DNA of 64,000 nucleotides from an uncultured Chloroflexia bacterium (GCA_963732805.1 CAVTAW010000002.1:538463-602462), one strand, 5' to 3'; counted from the first letter of the stretch, positions 47,715 to 56,320 are shown. The notes: a model not told the origin generated them from the sequence alone. Translations and numbers: made by a program.

Positions 47715-49975
47715 GCGCCATCGTCGGGAGCTCCCCCAACCGGGTCGGTGGCATCGGCCGGGTGACCGGCAGCCAGGAGTACGTCGCCGACATCCGCCTG
47801 CCGGGCGTGCTCGAGGCAAGGCTCGTCACCCTCGAGTGCGCCCATGCCCGGATCATCGCGATCGACACCGCCGACGCGAATAACGTGCCCGGCGTGCGGG
47901 CGATCCTGACGGCGGCGGACCTCCCCCAACCCGTCCCCCGCTTCGGCCCTCAGTACCGGGACCGCCCGGTGATCGCCGTCGGCGAGACGAAGTACCACGG
48001 CGAGCCCGTCGCGATCGTCGTCGCCGAGACCAGGGACGCTGCCGAGCAGGCGACGGCGCTCGTCCACGTCGAGTACGAGGAGCTGCCCGCTGCGGTCACC
48101 ATCGCCGCCGCTCTCGACCCCGGAGCGCCACTGGTCCAGGATCCCGCCCTGCGCCCGGACGACCCGCTGTCGTCCACGAACGTCCTGCGCGAGCATCGCG
48201 TGGGGTGGGGCGACGTGGACACGGCGTCGGCCGACGTCGTCATCGAGCACAGCTACACGTTCCCGATGGTGACCCAGTTCGCCATCGAGCCCCACGCGTT
48301 CATGGTTGCGCCGGACGGGGACGGGATCGCCTGCTGGAGCTCCATTCAGCACCCCAACTGGCTCCAGAAGATCCTCGCCGAGGTGCTCAAGCTGCCCCTG
48401 TCCAGGGTGCGGGTGTTCGCGCCCGATCCGGGCGGCGGGTTCGGCGGCAAGCAGCACGCGAAGCTGGAGCCGTTGGTGGCGTTCGCCGCCCTGCGCACGG
48501 GCCGACCCGTGCGCCTGGTCCTGACCCTGGAGCAGACGTTCCAGGCGGTGCGGCGCGCGGCCAGCGACATCCGGGTCCGGACCGGCTTCCGGCGTGACGG
48601 CATGCTGGCGTTCCAGGACATCGCGGCCGACTACCTCATCGGCGCCTATGCCGACATCGCGGACCGCGTGGTGGGCAAGGGCAGCTACCCGGCGTGCGGG
48701 CCGTACAACGTGCCCGCGGCCCGGATCCTCGCGCGCAGCGTCCTGTCCCACACCACGCCGTCCACGGCGTTCCGCGGGTTCGGCTATCCGCAGGTGAACT
48801 GGGCCGTGGAGTCCAACCTGGACGAGGGCGCGCGGGCGCTCGGCATCGACCGGCTCGAGATCCGGCTGCGCAACCTCGCCCGCAAGGGCGACGCGTTCAT
48901 CCCGTTCGACACGCCCGCCGATGGCGAGTGGGAGCAGAGCGTTCGCAGGGCCGCCGAGCTGATCGGCTGGGATACGCCCCTGCCCGCGGGCCGGGGGCGG
49001 GGGATCGCCGTGGGCATCAAGTCCGGCCCGACGACCGGACTGTCGTACTCGACCGTGCGCCTGTTGGCGGACGGCAGCGTCGTGGTGTTCGCCGGGACGT
49101 CGGACATGGGCCAGGGCGCCCGGACGGTCCTCGCCCAGATCGCCGCCCAGGAGCTGGGCGCCCCGCTCGAGTGGGTCACGGTGGTGATGGGCGACACGGC
49201 CGTGGTGCCGTACGACCAGCAGACGTCCGCCAGCCGGTCCACCGTGCTGATGGGCAACGCGGTCCTGGCGGCGTGCCGCTCGATCCAGGCGCAGCTGCGC
49301 TCGATGGCCGCCCGGCTCCACGGGTTGGAGGAGGCGCAGGTCACGGTGGACCGCGGCGTCGTGCGCCTGCCCGACCGGGAGCTTGCGGTGATCGACGTGC
49401 TCAAGCCCGGGCTGGGGCGCCTGGGCGGCGAGCTCGTCGGCAACGGCGAGGCGCGCAAGGAGGCAGAGCCCGGCCACCCCCTCGGCGGCGCGCCCGCGTT
49501 CTTCGAGTTCAATTGCACGGCGATCGAGGCCGAGGTCGATCGGGATACCGGCGACGTGACGCTGGTCCGGCACGTGACCGTGTCCGACGTGGGCAAGGCC
49601 ATCAACCCGCTCCAGGTCCGGATGCAGGACGAAGGCGCGGCGATCATGGGTCTCGGCCACACGCTGATGGAGCACTACATCTACGACGAGGCCGGCAGGA
49701 TCCGGAACCTGGGCGCGATCGACTACCGGATCCCGACCAGCATGGACCTGCCGCTCGAGCTGGTGAGCGACATGGTGGAGAACGCCGATGGCCCGGGCCC
49801 GTTCGGCGCCAAGGGCATGAGCGAGGGCGCGCTGCTGTGCACCGCGCCGGCGGTGGCCGCCGCGGTTCGCGAGGCATCAGGCGCGGTCATCCGCGACCTG
49901 CCGCTCACCCCGGAACGCGTCTGGCGCGCGATCCACGAAGGTGCCGCCGCGGCCGGCGAGGAAGGTGCGAGATGA
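47711..49975 (+). CDS. Molybdenum-hydroxylase large (molybdopterin-binding, CoxL / xanthine-dehydrogenase-family) subunit
   Basis: GTG at 47711 overlaps the small-subunit stop. ..GGGFGGK.. ..FRGFG.. ..GQG..  ..KGMSEGA.. motifs. Confidence 0.85.
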   Translation: MSAIVGSSPNRVGGIGRVTGSQEYVADIRLPGVLEARLVTLECAHARIIAIDTADANNVPGVRAILTAADLPQPVPRFGPQYRDRPVIAVGETKYHGEPVAIVVAETRDAAEQATALVHVEYEELPAAVTIAAALDPGAPLVQDPALRPDDPLSSTNVLREHRVGWGDVDTASADVVIEHSYTFPMVTQFAIEPHAFMVAPDGDGIACWSSIQHPNWLQKILAEVLKLPLSRVRVFAPDPGGGFGGKQHAKLEPLVAFAALRTGRPVRLVLTLEQTFQAVRRAASDIRVRTGFRRDGMLAFQDIAADYLIGAYADIADRVVGKGSYPACGPYNVPAARILARSVLSHTTPSTAFRGFGYPQVNWAVESNLDEGARALGIDRLEIRLRNLARKGDAFIPFDTPADGEWEQSVRRAAELIGWDTPLPAGRGRGIAVGIKSGPTTGLSYSTVRLLADGSVVVFAGTSDMGQGARTVLAQIAAQELGAPLEWVTVVMGDTAVVPYDQQTSASRSTVLMGNAVLAACRSIQAQLRSMAARLHGLEEAQVTVDRGVVRLPDRELAVIDVLKPGLGRLGGELVGNGEARKEAEPGHPLGGAPAFFEFNCTAIEAEVDRDTGDVTLVRHVTVSDVGKAINPLQVRMQDEGAAIMGLGHTLMEHYIYDEAGRIRNLGAIDYRIPTSMDLPLELVSDMVENADGPGPFGAKGMSEGALLCTAPAVAAAVREASGAVIRDLPLTPERVWRAIHEGAAAAGEEGAR

Positions 49976-50862
49976 CGTCAACGACGGATATCGGTCCCAT
50001 CGCTTCGCTGCCCGCGGACCAGGTCGTCCGGGCGGCCGGCCTCGTTCGCGAAGGCCGGATGATCTCGCTCGCGGCGGTCCGCTTCCCGGGCATGCCGCTG
50101 TTCCCGGGACACCCGCCGTTCCAGGTGCTCAACTACCGGACTCCGCGCGGCATCCGGGTCACGGGCGCCCAGCCGTGGGGACCGGTCAACGATGCTGGTC
50201 TCGGGTACATGGCCGAGTACGTGATGGCGACATCCCACTCCGGCGCGCACATGGACGGGCTGGCTCACATGACCGTGGGCGACGACATGGCGTGGTATGG
50301 CGGCGGGCGGGCCGACGACCACCTCACCGACTTCGGCCCGACGCACCTCGACGCCTCGACCATGCCGCCGTTCTTCACTCGTGGCGTCCTGCTCGACGCG
50401 GCCGGTCACCGGGGCGTGGCGTGCCTGGACAAGGGAGCGCCGATCGACGCCGCGGAGTTGGATGCGATGTGCGCGGCCGAGGGGGTCGAGGTCAGGCCAT
50501 GGGACGTGGTCCTGATCCGCACGGGGTACATGGGGCTGTGGCCCGATGCCGACCGGATGGCGGCGCACAAGACTCCCGGCCCCGACATCTCGGCGGCACG
50601 CTGGCTGCTGGACCGGGGGGTGGTCGCCACGGGGACCGACACCGAGACCTACGAGGTCCAGCCGGCGCCGGACCCCGGGCCCGCGGGCAACCCTCAGCCC
50701 GTGCACACGTTGCTGCTGATCCAGAACGCCATCTACCTGATGGAGAGCCTCGACCTCGAGGAGCTCGCCCGACAGCGGGTGTACGAGTTCCTGTTCGTCG
50801 CGCTGCCGGTCAAGATCCGCGGCGCCACCGGGTCGATGGTCGATCCCGTCGCCGTCATCTAG
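49972..50862 (+). CDS. Cyclase-family protein (kynurenine-formamidase / isatin-hydrolase-like fold)
   Basis: ATGA overlap with the previous gene. ..SHSGAHMDGLAH.. metal motif. Confidence 0.7.
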   Translation: MTSTTDIGPIASLPADQVVRAAGLVREGRMISLAAVRFPGMPLFPGHPPFQVLNYRTPRGIRVTGAQPWGPVNDAGLGYMAEYVMATSHSGAHMDGLAHMTVGDDMAWYGGGRADDHLTDFGPTHLDASTMPPFFTRGVLLDAAGHRGVACLDKGAPIDAAELDAMCAAEGVEVRPWDVVLIRTGYMGLWPDADRMAAHKTPGPDISAARWLLDRGVVATGTDTETYEVQPAPDPGPAGNPQPVHTLLLIQNAIYLMESLDLEELARQRVYEFLFVALPVKIRGATGSMVDPVAVI

Positions 50863-50885
50863 CTGCGTCCCAGGGGAGGATCCCC

Positions 50886-52004
50886 ATGCCGGAGATCATG
50901 TCCGCGCCAGTCATGGAGCCCAGCCGCCGCGAACCGCTCGAGCCGGTGCCCGAGACCATGCAGGCGCTCGTCGTCGTCGAGCCCAACCGGCTCGAGATCC
51001 ACGAGGTGCCGGTCCCGGTGCCCGGCCCCAACGAGGTCCTGGCACGGGTCCGCGCGGTGTCGATCTGCGGCACCGACGCCCACCTCATCCGGGGCGACTA
51101 CCCGGGCTTCTGGCCGCCCTCGTTCCCGTTCATCCCCGGGCACGAGTGGGCGGGCGAGGTCGTCGCCCTGGGCCCGGGCGCCGAGCGCTTCGGGTTCGCG
51201 CCCGGCGACCGGGTGGCGGGCACCAGCCACGACGCCTGCGGCGTGTGCCAGAAGTGCGTCGAGGGCCGCTACAACCTGTGCGAGAACTACGGCAAGCCGG
51301 GACTCCACCGCCAGTACGGCCACAACGTCCAGGGCGCCGACGCCACGTACGTCGTCCACGGCGTCAAGTGCGTGTTCCCGCTGCCCGCGGGCCTGGGCTT
51401 CGACGAGGGCGCCCTGATCGACCCCGCGTCGATCGCGCTCCACGTCGCCAACCGGGGCGCCATCGCCCCCGGCGACACGGTCGCGATCACGGGTGCCGGG
51501 GCGATCGGCCTGCTCGCGGGCGATGCCGCCCGGATCCGCGGTGCGGCCCGGGTGATCGTGGTGGAGCGCAACCCGCTCCGCCTTGCCAAGGCCGCCGAGA
51601 TGGGGTTCGAAGCCGTTGACTCGAGTGACGGCGATCCGGCCGCCGTGGTTCGCGCCCTCACCGGCGGCTTCGGCGCCGACGTCGTGCTCGAGTGCGCGGG
51701 GGTGCCCGCGACCGTGGAGTGGGCGCTCGAGATGCTCCGCCGGGGCGGCCGCTGCGCGGCCGTGGGGATCCCCACCGCCGGGGTCGAGATCGCGATGCAG
51801 CGCCTGGTGCTCGACGAGCTCGAGCTGGTGGGCTCCCGCGCCTCAGCGGGCGAGATGCGCCGGGTCATGCCCCTCGTGGAGCAGGGCCGGATGCGGGTGC
51901 GCGACATCATGACCCACTCGTTCACGCTCGCCGACTACCCCCGGGCGATCGATGCCCTCAACGACCCCGGCAGCGGCGCGATCAAGATCATCATCCGGCC
52001 GTGA
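50886..52004 (+). CDS. Zn-dependent medium-chain alcohol/polyol dehydrogenase, copy A
   Basis: ATG at 50886 follows GGGGAGGA. ..ICGTDAH..GHEWAGEV.. ..CGVCQKCVEGRYNLC.. ..GAGAIGLL..VIVVERN.. Confidence 0.85.
   Translation: MPEIMSAPVMEPSRREPLEPVPETMQALVVVEPNRLEIHEVPVPVPGPNEVLARVRAVSICGTDAHLIRGDYPGFWPPSFPFIPGHEWAGEVVALGPGAERFGFAPGDRVAGTSHDACGVCQKCVEGRYNLCENYGKPGLHRQYGHNVQGADATYVVHGVKCVFPLPAGLGFDEGALIDPASIALHVANRGAIAPGDTVAITGAGAIGLLAGDAARIRGAARVIVVERNPLRLAKAAEMGFEAVDSSDGDPAAVVRALTGGFGADVVLECAGVPATVEWALEMLRRGGRCAAVGIPTAGVEIAMQRLVLDELELVGSRASAGEMRRVMPLVEQGRMRVRDIMTHSFTLADYPRAIDALNDPGSGAIKIIIRP
50940..51907 (+). repeat. Inverted-repeat arm A (matches 54371-55336 on the opposite strand)
   Basis: 50940-51562 and 51648-51907 read identically to the reverse complement of arm B, apart from one extra base in B. 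An 85-bp patch (51563-51647) has diverged. Confidence 0.85.
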
Positions 52005-52080
52005 CCCGGGTTCCCGTCGCGCCGGGGACCCCCTGTCCTGCCCGACGGGAACCGTCCCCACCTCCCGAGGAGCTCCTTCC

Positions 52081-54249
52081 GTGACCTACGTGTTCGATTG
52101 CGACGACCGCCTCGATGGCCTGACCTTCGCCCAGGTCAAGCGACAGCTGGGCGGCAAGGCAGCGAACCTGTCCGTGATGGCCGCCGACCTCGGGCTGCCG
52201 GTCCCGCCCGCGTTCACGATCTCCACCGATGCCTGCCACGCGTACCTGGCCCATGGCTGGCCGTCCGGTCTGGACGAGGAGCTCCGGACCCACATGGCGC
52301 GCATGGAGCAGGTGGCCGGCACCCGGTTCGGCGATCCGTCGGACCCGCTCCTGGTCAGCGTCCGGTCGGGTGCACCCGTCTCGATGCCCGGGATGATGGA
52401 CACGATCCTCAACCTCGGCCTCAACGATGCCACGACCGCGGGCCTGGCGGAGCGCGCCGGCAGCCCGAAGTTCGCCGCCAACTGCCGCACCCGGTTCGAG
52501 GCCATGTTCCGCGACATCGTGGGCACCGACACGGTCCCGCGGGATCCATGGCACCAGCTGCGCGCCGCGATCGAGGCCGTGTTCCGGTCGTGGAACAGCG
52601 ACCGCGCCCGGACCTACCGCCGGCGTGAGGGAATCCCCGATGACCTGGGCACGGCCGTCACCGTCCAGGCCATGGTCTTCGGGAACCGCAGCGTCGACTC
52701 CGGCACCGGCGTGCTGTTCACCCGCAACCCGGCCACGGGCGAGGCTGTGCTCTACGGCGACATGATGTTCAACGCGCAGGGCGAGGACGTGGTCGCCGGG
52801 ACACACCGCACCGAGCCGCTGTCGGTGCTCGATGAGCGATTGCCCGCCGTGGCGTCCGAGCTGCGCGAGTACGCGGCGCGCCTCGAGCGTCACCACGCCG
52901 ACCTGTGCGACATCGAGTTCACCATCGAGCACGGCCGGTTGTGGATGCTCCAATGCCGGGTCGGCAAGCGGAGTCCGCAGGCGGCGCTCCGGATCGCGCT
53001 CGAGATGGCGCAGGATCCGACCTTCCCGCTGTCACGGGCGGATGCCGTTCGCCGCGTGGCCGCGATCCTCGCGGACCCGCCCCTGGCGGCATTCGAGCGC
53101 GGCGATGCGGGCGAGCCGCTGACGACCGGCCTGCCGGCCTCGCCGGGGGTCGCCGCGGGTGAGATTGCGACGTCGCCGCAGGCCGCGATAGCGGCCGCCG
53201 ATGCCGGCCGGACCGTGATCCTGGTGCGTGCCGAGACCTCGCCCGACGACGTCCACGGCATGGCCCGTGCCGCCGGCATCCTCACCGCCACCGGCGGCCT
53301 TGCCAGCCATGCCGCGGTGGTCGCCCGCGGGTGGGGCATCCCCGCGGTCGTGGGCGCGGCCGACGTCGTCGTGCACGATGGCGCGGTGGACATCGCCGGG
53401 CGCAGCCTGGCAGCCGGCGACCTGGTCACGATCGACGGTGCCACCGGCGAGGTGTTCGCGGGCGCCGTCGTCGGTCGAAGCGAGGTGGTGCCCGAGGCAG
53501 CCGTCCTGCTCGGCTGGGCGCGGGAGCTGGGGATCGAGATCGGCGAGGCCGGAACCACCGTCGACCGGGATGCCTCTGACGCCCCTGGTGCCCCTGACGC
53601 TGTCGACGTCTCCGGAGCGGTGCCGTCCACCGACCCGGCCGGCGCGGCCACGCGGGCGCTCGCGGTGAAGGGCTATGCGACACCGGAGGTGCTGGCGCCG
53701 GCGATCCCGGCCCCCGTCGACGACACGAGCGCGATCCTGGACGGCCTGGTTGCCGATGGCACGGCCGAGCTCGCCGCGGGGTCGTACCGCCTGACGGAGC
53801 GGGGCAAGGCGCTGGCGGCGGAGCTGCTCGCGGCGGATGCCGGCGCCTGGGGTGCCGACCGCGCCACGGCGGCGCTCGACGAGTTCCTCGCCCTCGACCA
53901 GCGGATGAAGGCAACGGTGACCGCGTGGCAGATGCGAGAGGTCGACGGGGCGCAGGCGTTCAACGACCACTCGGACACGGCGTACGACGCGGGTGTGCTG
54001 GCCGATCTGGATGCCCTCCACGCGGACGCGAAGGCCTGGCTCGACGCGCTGGTCGGCGGGCTGCCGCGCCTGGCCGTGTACGCCGAGCGGCTCGACCGGG
54101 CGAATGCCGCGGCGCAGGGCGGCGACGGACGGTACGTGGCCTCGCCGCGCGTGGACAGCTACCACAGCACGTGGTTCGAGCTGCACGAGGACCTGATCCG
54201 CCTGGCCGGCCGCAACCGGGCCGACGAGACCGCCGCGGGGCGTGCCTGA
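52081..54249 (+). CDS. Pyruvate-phosphate-dikinase-like protein: ATP-grasp nucleotide domain plus phosphohistidine swivel domain. The PEP/pyruvate TIM barrel is replaced by an unrelated ~230-aa C-terminal region
   Basis: GTG at 52081 follows GAGGAG. ..GGKAANLSVM.. ..LLVSVRSGAPVSMPGMMDTILNLGLND.. ..TATGGLASHAAVVARGWGIPAVVG.. The C-terminus is helical and Ala-rich, with a wHTH-like ..ILDGLVADGTAELAAGSYRLTERGKAL.. Confidence 0.8.
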   Translation: MTYVFDCDDRLDGLTFAQVKRQLGGKAANLSVMAADLGLPVPPAFTISTDACHAYLAHGWPSGLDEELRTHMARMEQVAGTRFGDPSDPLLVSVRSGAPVSMPGMMDTILNLGLNDATTAGLAERAGSPKFAANCRTRFEAMFRDIVGTDTVPRDPWHQLRAAIEAVFRSWNSDRARTYRRREGIPDDLGTAVTVQAMVFGNRSVDSGTGVLFTRNPATGEAVLYGDMMFNAQGEDVVAGTHRTEPLSVLDERLPAVASELREYAARLERHHADLCDIEFTIEHGRLWMLQCRVGKRSPQAALRIALEMAQDPTFPLSRADAVRRVAAILADPPLAAFERGDAGEPLTTGLPASPGVAAGEIATSPQAAIAAADAGRTVILVRAETSPDDVHGMARAAGILTATGGLASHAAVVARGWGIPAVVGAADVVVHDGAVDIAGRSLAAGDLVTIDGATGEVFAGAVVGRSEVVPEAAVLLGWARELGIEIGEAGTTVDRDASDAPGAPDAVDVSGAVPSTDPAGAATRALAVKGYATPEVLAPAIPAPVDDTSAILDGLVADGTAELAAGSYRLTERGKALAAELLAADAGAWGADRATAALDEFLALDQRMKATVTAWQMREVDGAQAFNDHSDTAYDAGVLADLDALHADAKAWLDALVGGLPRLAVYAERLDRANAAAQGGDGRYVASPRVDSYHSTWFELHEDLIRLAGRNRADETAAGRA

Positions 54250-54273
54250 GCAGCGCCGCCGGCCGGCCGCGCC

Positions 54274-55318
54274 TCAGGGCGCGATGACGATCTTGATCGC
54301 GCCGCTGGAACGGTCGTTGAACATGGCCAGGGCATCCGGGTAATCGGACAGCGGGAACCGGTGCGTGATCATGTCGCGCACCCGCATCCGGCCCTGCTCC
54401 ACGAGGGGCATGACCCGGCGCATCTCGCCCGCTGAGGCGCGGGAGCCCACCAGCTCGAGCTCGTCGAGCACCAGGCGCTGCATCGCGATCTCGACCCCGG
54501 CGGTGGGGATCCCCACGGCCGCGCAGCGGCCGCCCCGGCGGAGCATCTCGAGCGCCCACTCCACGGTCGCGGGCACCCCCGCGCACTCGAGCACGACGTC
54601 GGCGCCGAAGCCGCCGGTGAGGGCGCGAACGGCTCCCACGGGGTCGCCAGCCGCGGTGTCGACGACCTCATAGCCGAGCGCCGCAGCGCGGGCCAGCCGC
54701 GACCCCCGGCCGACCACGATCACCCGGGCCGCACCGCGGATCCGGGCGGCATCGCCCGCGAGCAGGCCGATCGCCCCGGCACCCGTGATCGCGACCGTGT
54801 CGCCGGGGGCGATGGCGCCCCGGTTGGCGACGTGGAGCGCGATCGACGCGGGGTCGATCAGGGCGCCCTCGTCGAAGCCCAGGCCCGCGGGCAGCGGGAA
54901 CACGCACTTGACGCCGTGGACGACGTACGTGGCGTCGGCGCCCTGGACGTTGTGGCCGTACTGGCGGTGGAGTCCCGGCTTGCCGTAGTTCTCGCACAGG
55001 TTGTAGCGGCCCTCGACGCACTTCTGGCACACGCCGCAGGCGTCGTGGCTGGTGCCCGCCACCCGGTCGCCGGGCGCGAACCCGAAGCGCTCGGCGCCCG
55101 GGCCCAGGGCGACGACCTCGCCCGCCCACTCGTGGCCCGGGGATGAACGGGAACGAGGGCGGCCAGAAGCCCGGGTAGTCGCCCCGGATGAGGTGGGCGT
55201 CGGTGCCGCAGATCGACACCGCGCGGACCCGTGCCAGGACCTCGTTGGGGCCGGGCACCGGGACCGGCACCTCGTGGATCTCGAGCCGGTTGGGCTCGAC
55301 GACGACGAGCGCCTGCAT
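54274..55318 (-). pseudogene. Zn-dependent alcohol/polyol dehydrogenase, copy B (inverted paralog), with a 1-bp insertion
   Basis: The reverse complement reads ..ATCCCCGGGCCACGAG.. where copy A has ..ATCCCCGGGCACGAG.. The extra G/C lies at 55134-55135. 1045 nt is 348 codons plus 1 nt. Confidence 0.8.
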
Positions 55319-55336
55319 GGTCTCGGGCACCGGCTC
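54371..55336 (-). repeat. Inverted-repeat arm B
   Basis: See arm A. The diverged patch is at 54631-54712. Confidence 0.85.
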
Positions 55337-55402
55337 ACTCCTGCGATCCGATCTGCGGACGAGGCGCGGCGGGCGCGCCGCGGGATCGTGCACGGGCCGC
55401 CG

Positions 55403-56320
55403 TCAGGCTCCGTCCACGGCGCCCGTGAGCTTGTCGTACAGCGACGCGGCGTTGAGGGTCTGGATGTGATCCATCATGTAGCCCTGCCCGATGTCCACCG
55501 GTCCGAACCGGTCGCGGAAGTGCACCCGCTCGATCGTCTCCTCGCGGCTCCAGCCCTTGGCGATCGCGGTCGCGACGGCGGTCTTCCACTCCATCAGGAC
55601 CGATCGCTGGACGTCCAGGTAGGCCTTCGTCACGACGGGCCCGTGCCCGGGCACGATGGTCTCGACGTCGAGCGTCCGGATCCGCTCCAGGGCGTCCAGC
55701 CACTGGGCGACGTTGGACGTCATGAGCCACGTCTGGCAGCCCGAGAAGATCGTGTCGCCGGTGAACACGACGCCCTCCTCGGGCACGTGCACGGCGAGCT
55801 GGCCGGGCGTGTGGCCGGGCGTATGGAGCAGGTTGAAGGTGTGGTCGCCGACATGCAGCGTCAGGTCCCCGGTGAACACGATCGTGCCCTTGTTCGGGTC
55901 GCGGTAGTACTCGTCGCGGTCCGGCCACAGGGCGACGCCAGCAGGATCGTCGAGATCGGTGCCGCGCGGGTTGTCGCCGGGGACGGATTCGTAGGCATAG
56001 GCGAACGGATCGAGGTCGGGGAACACGACCATGAACCGGTCGTACAGCGCCTGGTGGTTGACCACCGCCCCGGCGCCCTTGAAGTAGTAGTTGCCGAAGA
56101 TGTGGTCGACGTGGTGCTCGGTGTTGACGAGGTACCGGATCGGGCCGCGCGACTCCGCCTCGTGGCGCATCGCGACGGCCTTGGACGGCAGCTGCGGCGT
56201 GTCGATCACCACGACACCGTCCGACGTCGTCACGAAGCTCGGGTTGCACCCCCGCAGCTTCGTGGTGGTGAACACGTTCCCGGTGACCCGTTCCATGTCC
56301 AGGGCCGCGTGCGTTTGCAT
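55403..56320 (-). CDS. MBL-fold metallo-hydrolase
   Basis: ATG at 56320 follows GGAGGG. ..NTEHHVDH.. ..HTPGHTPG.. ..VPGHG.. Confidence 0.8.
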   Translation of the reverse strand: MQTHAALDMERVTGNVFTTTKLRGCNPSFVTTSDGVVVIDTPQLPSKAVAMRHEAESRGPIRYLVNTEHHVDHIFGNYYFKGAGAVVNHQALYDRFMVVFPDLDPFAYAYESVPGDNPRGTDLDDPAGVALWPDRDEYYRDPNKGTIVFTGDLTLHVGDHTFNLLHTPGHTPGQLAVHVPEEGVVFTGDTIFSGCQTWLMTSNVAQWLDALERIRTLDVETIVPGHGPVVTKAYLDVQRSVLMEWKTAVATAIAKGWSREETIERVHFRDRFGPVDIGQGYMMDHIQTLNAASLYDKLTGAVDGA

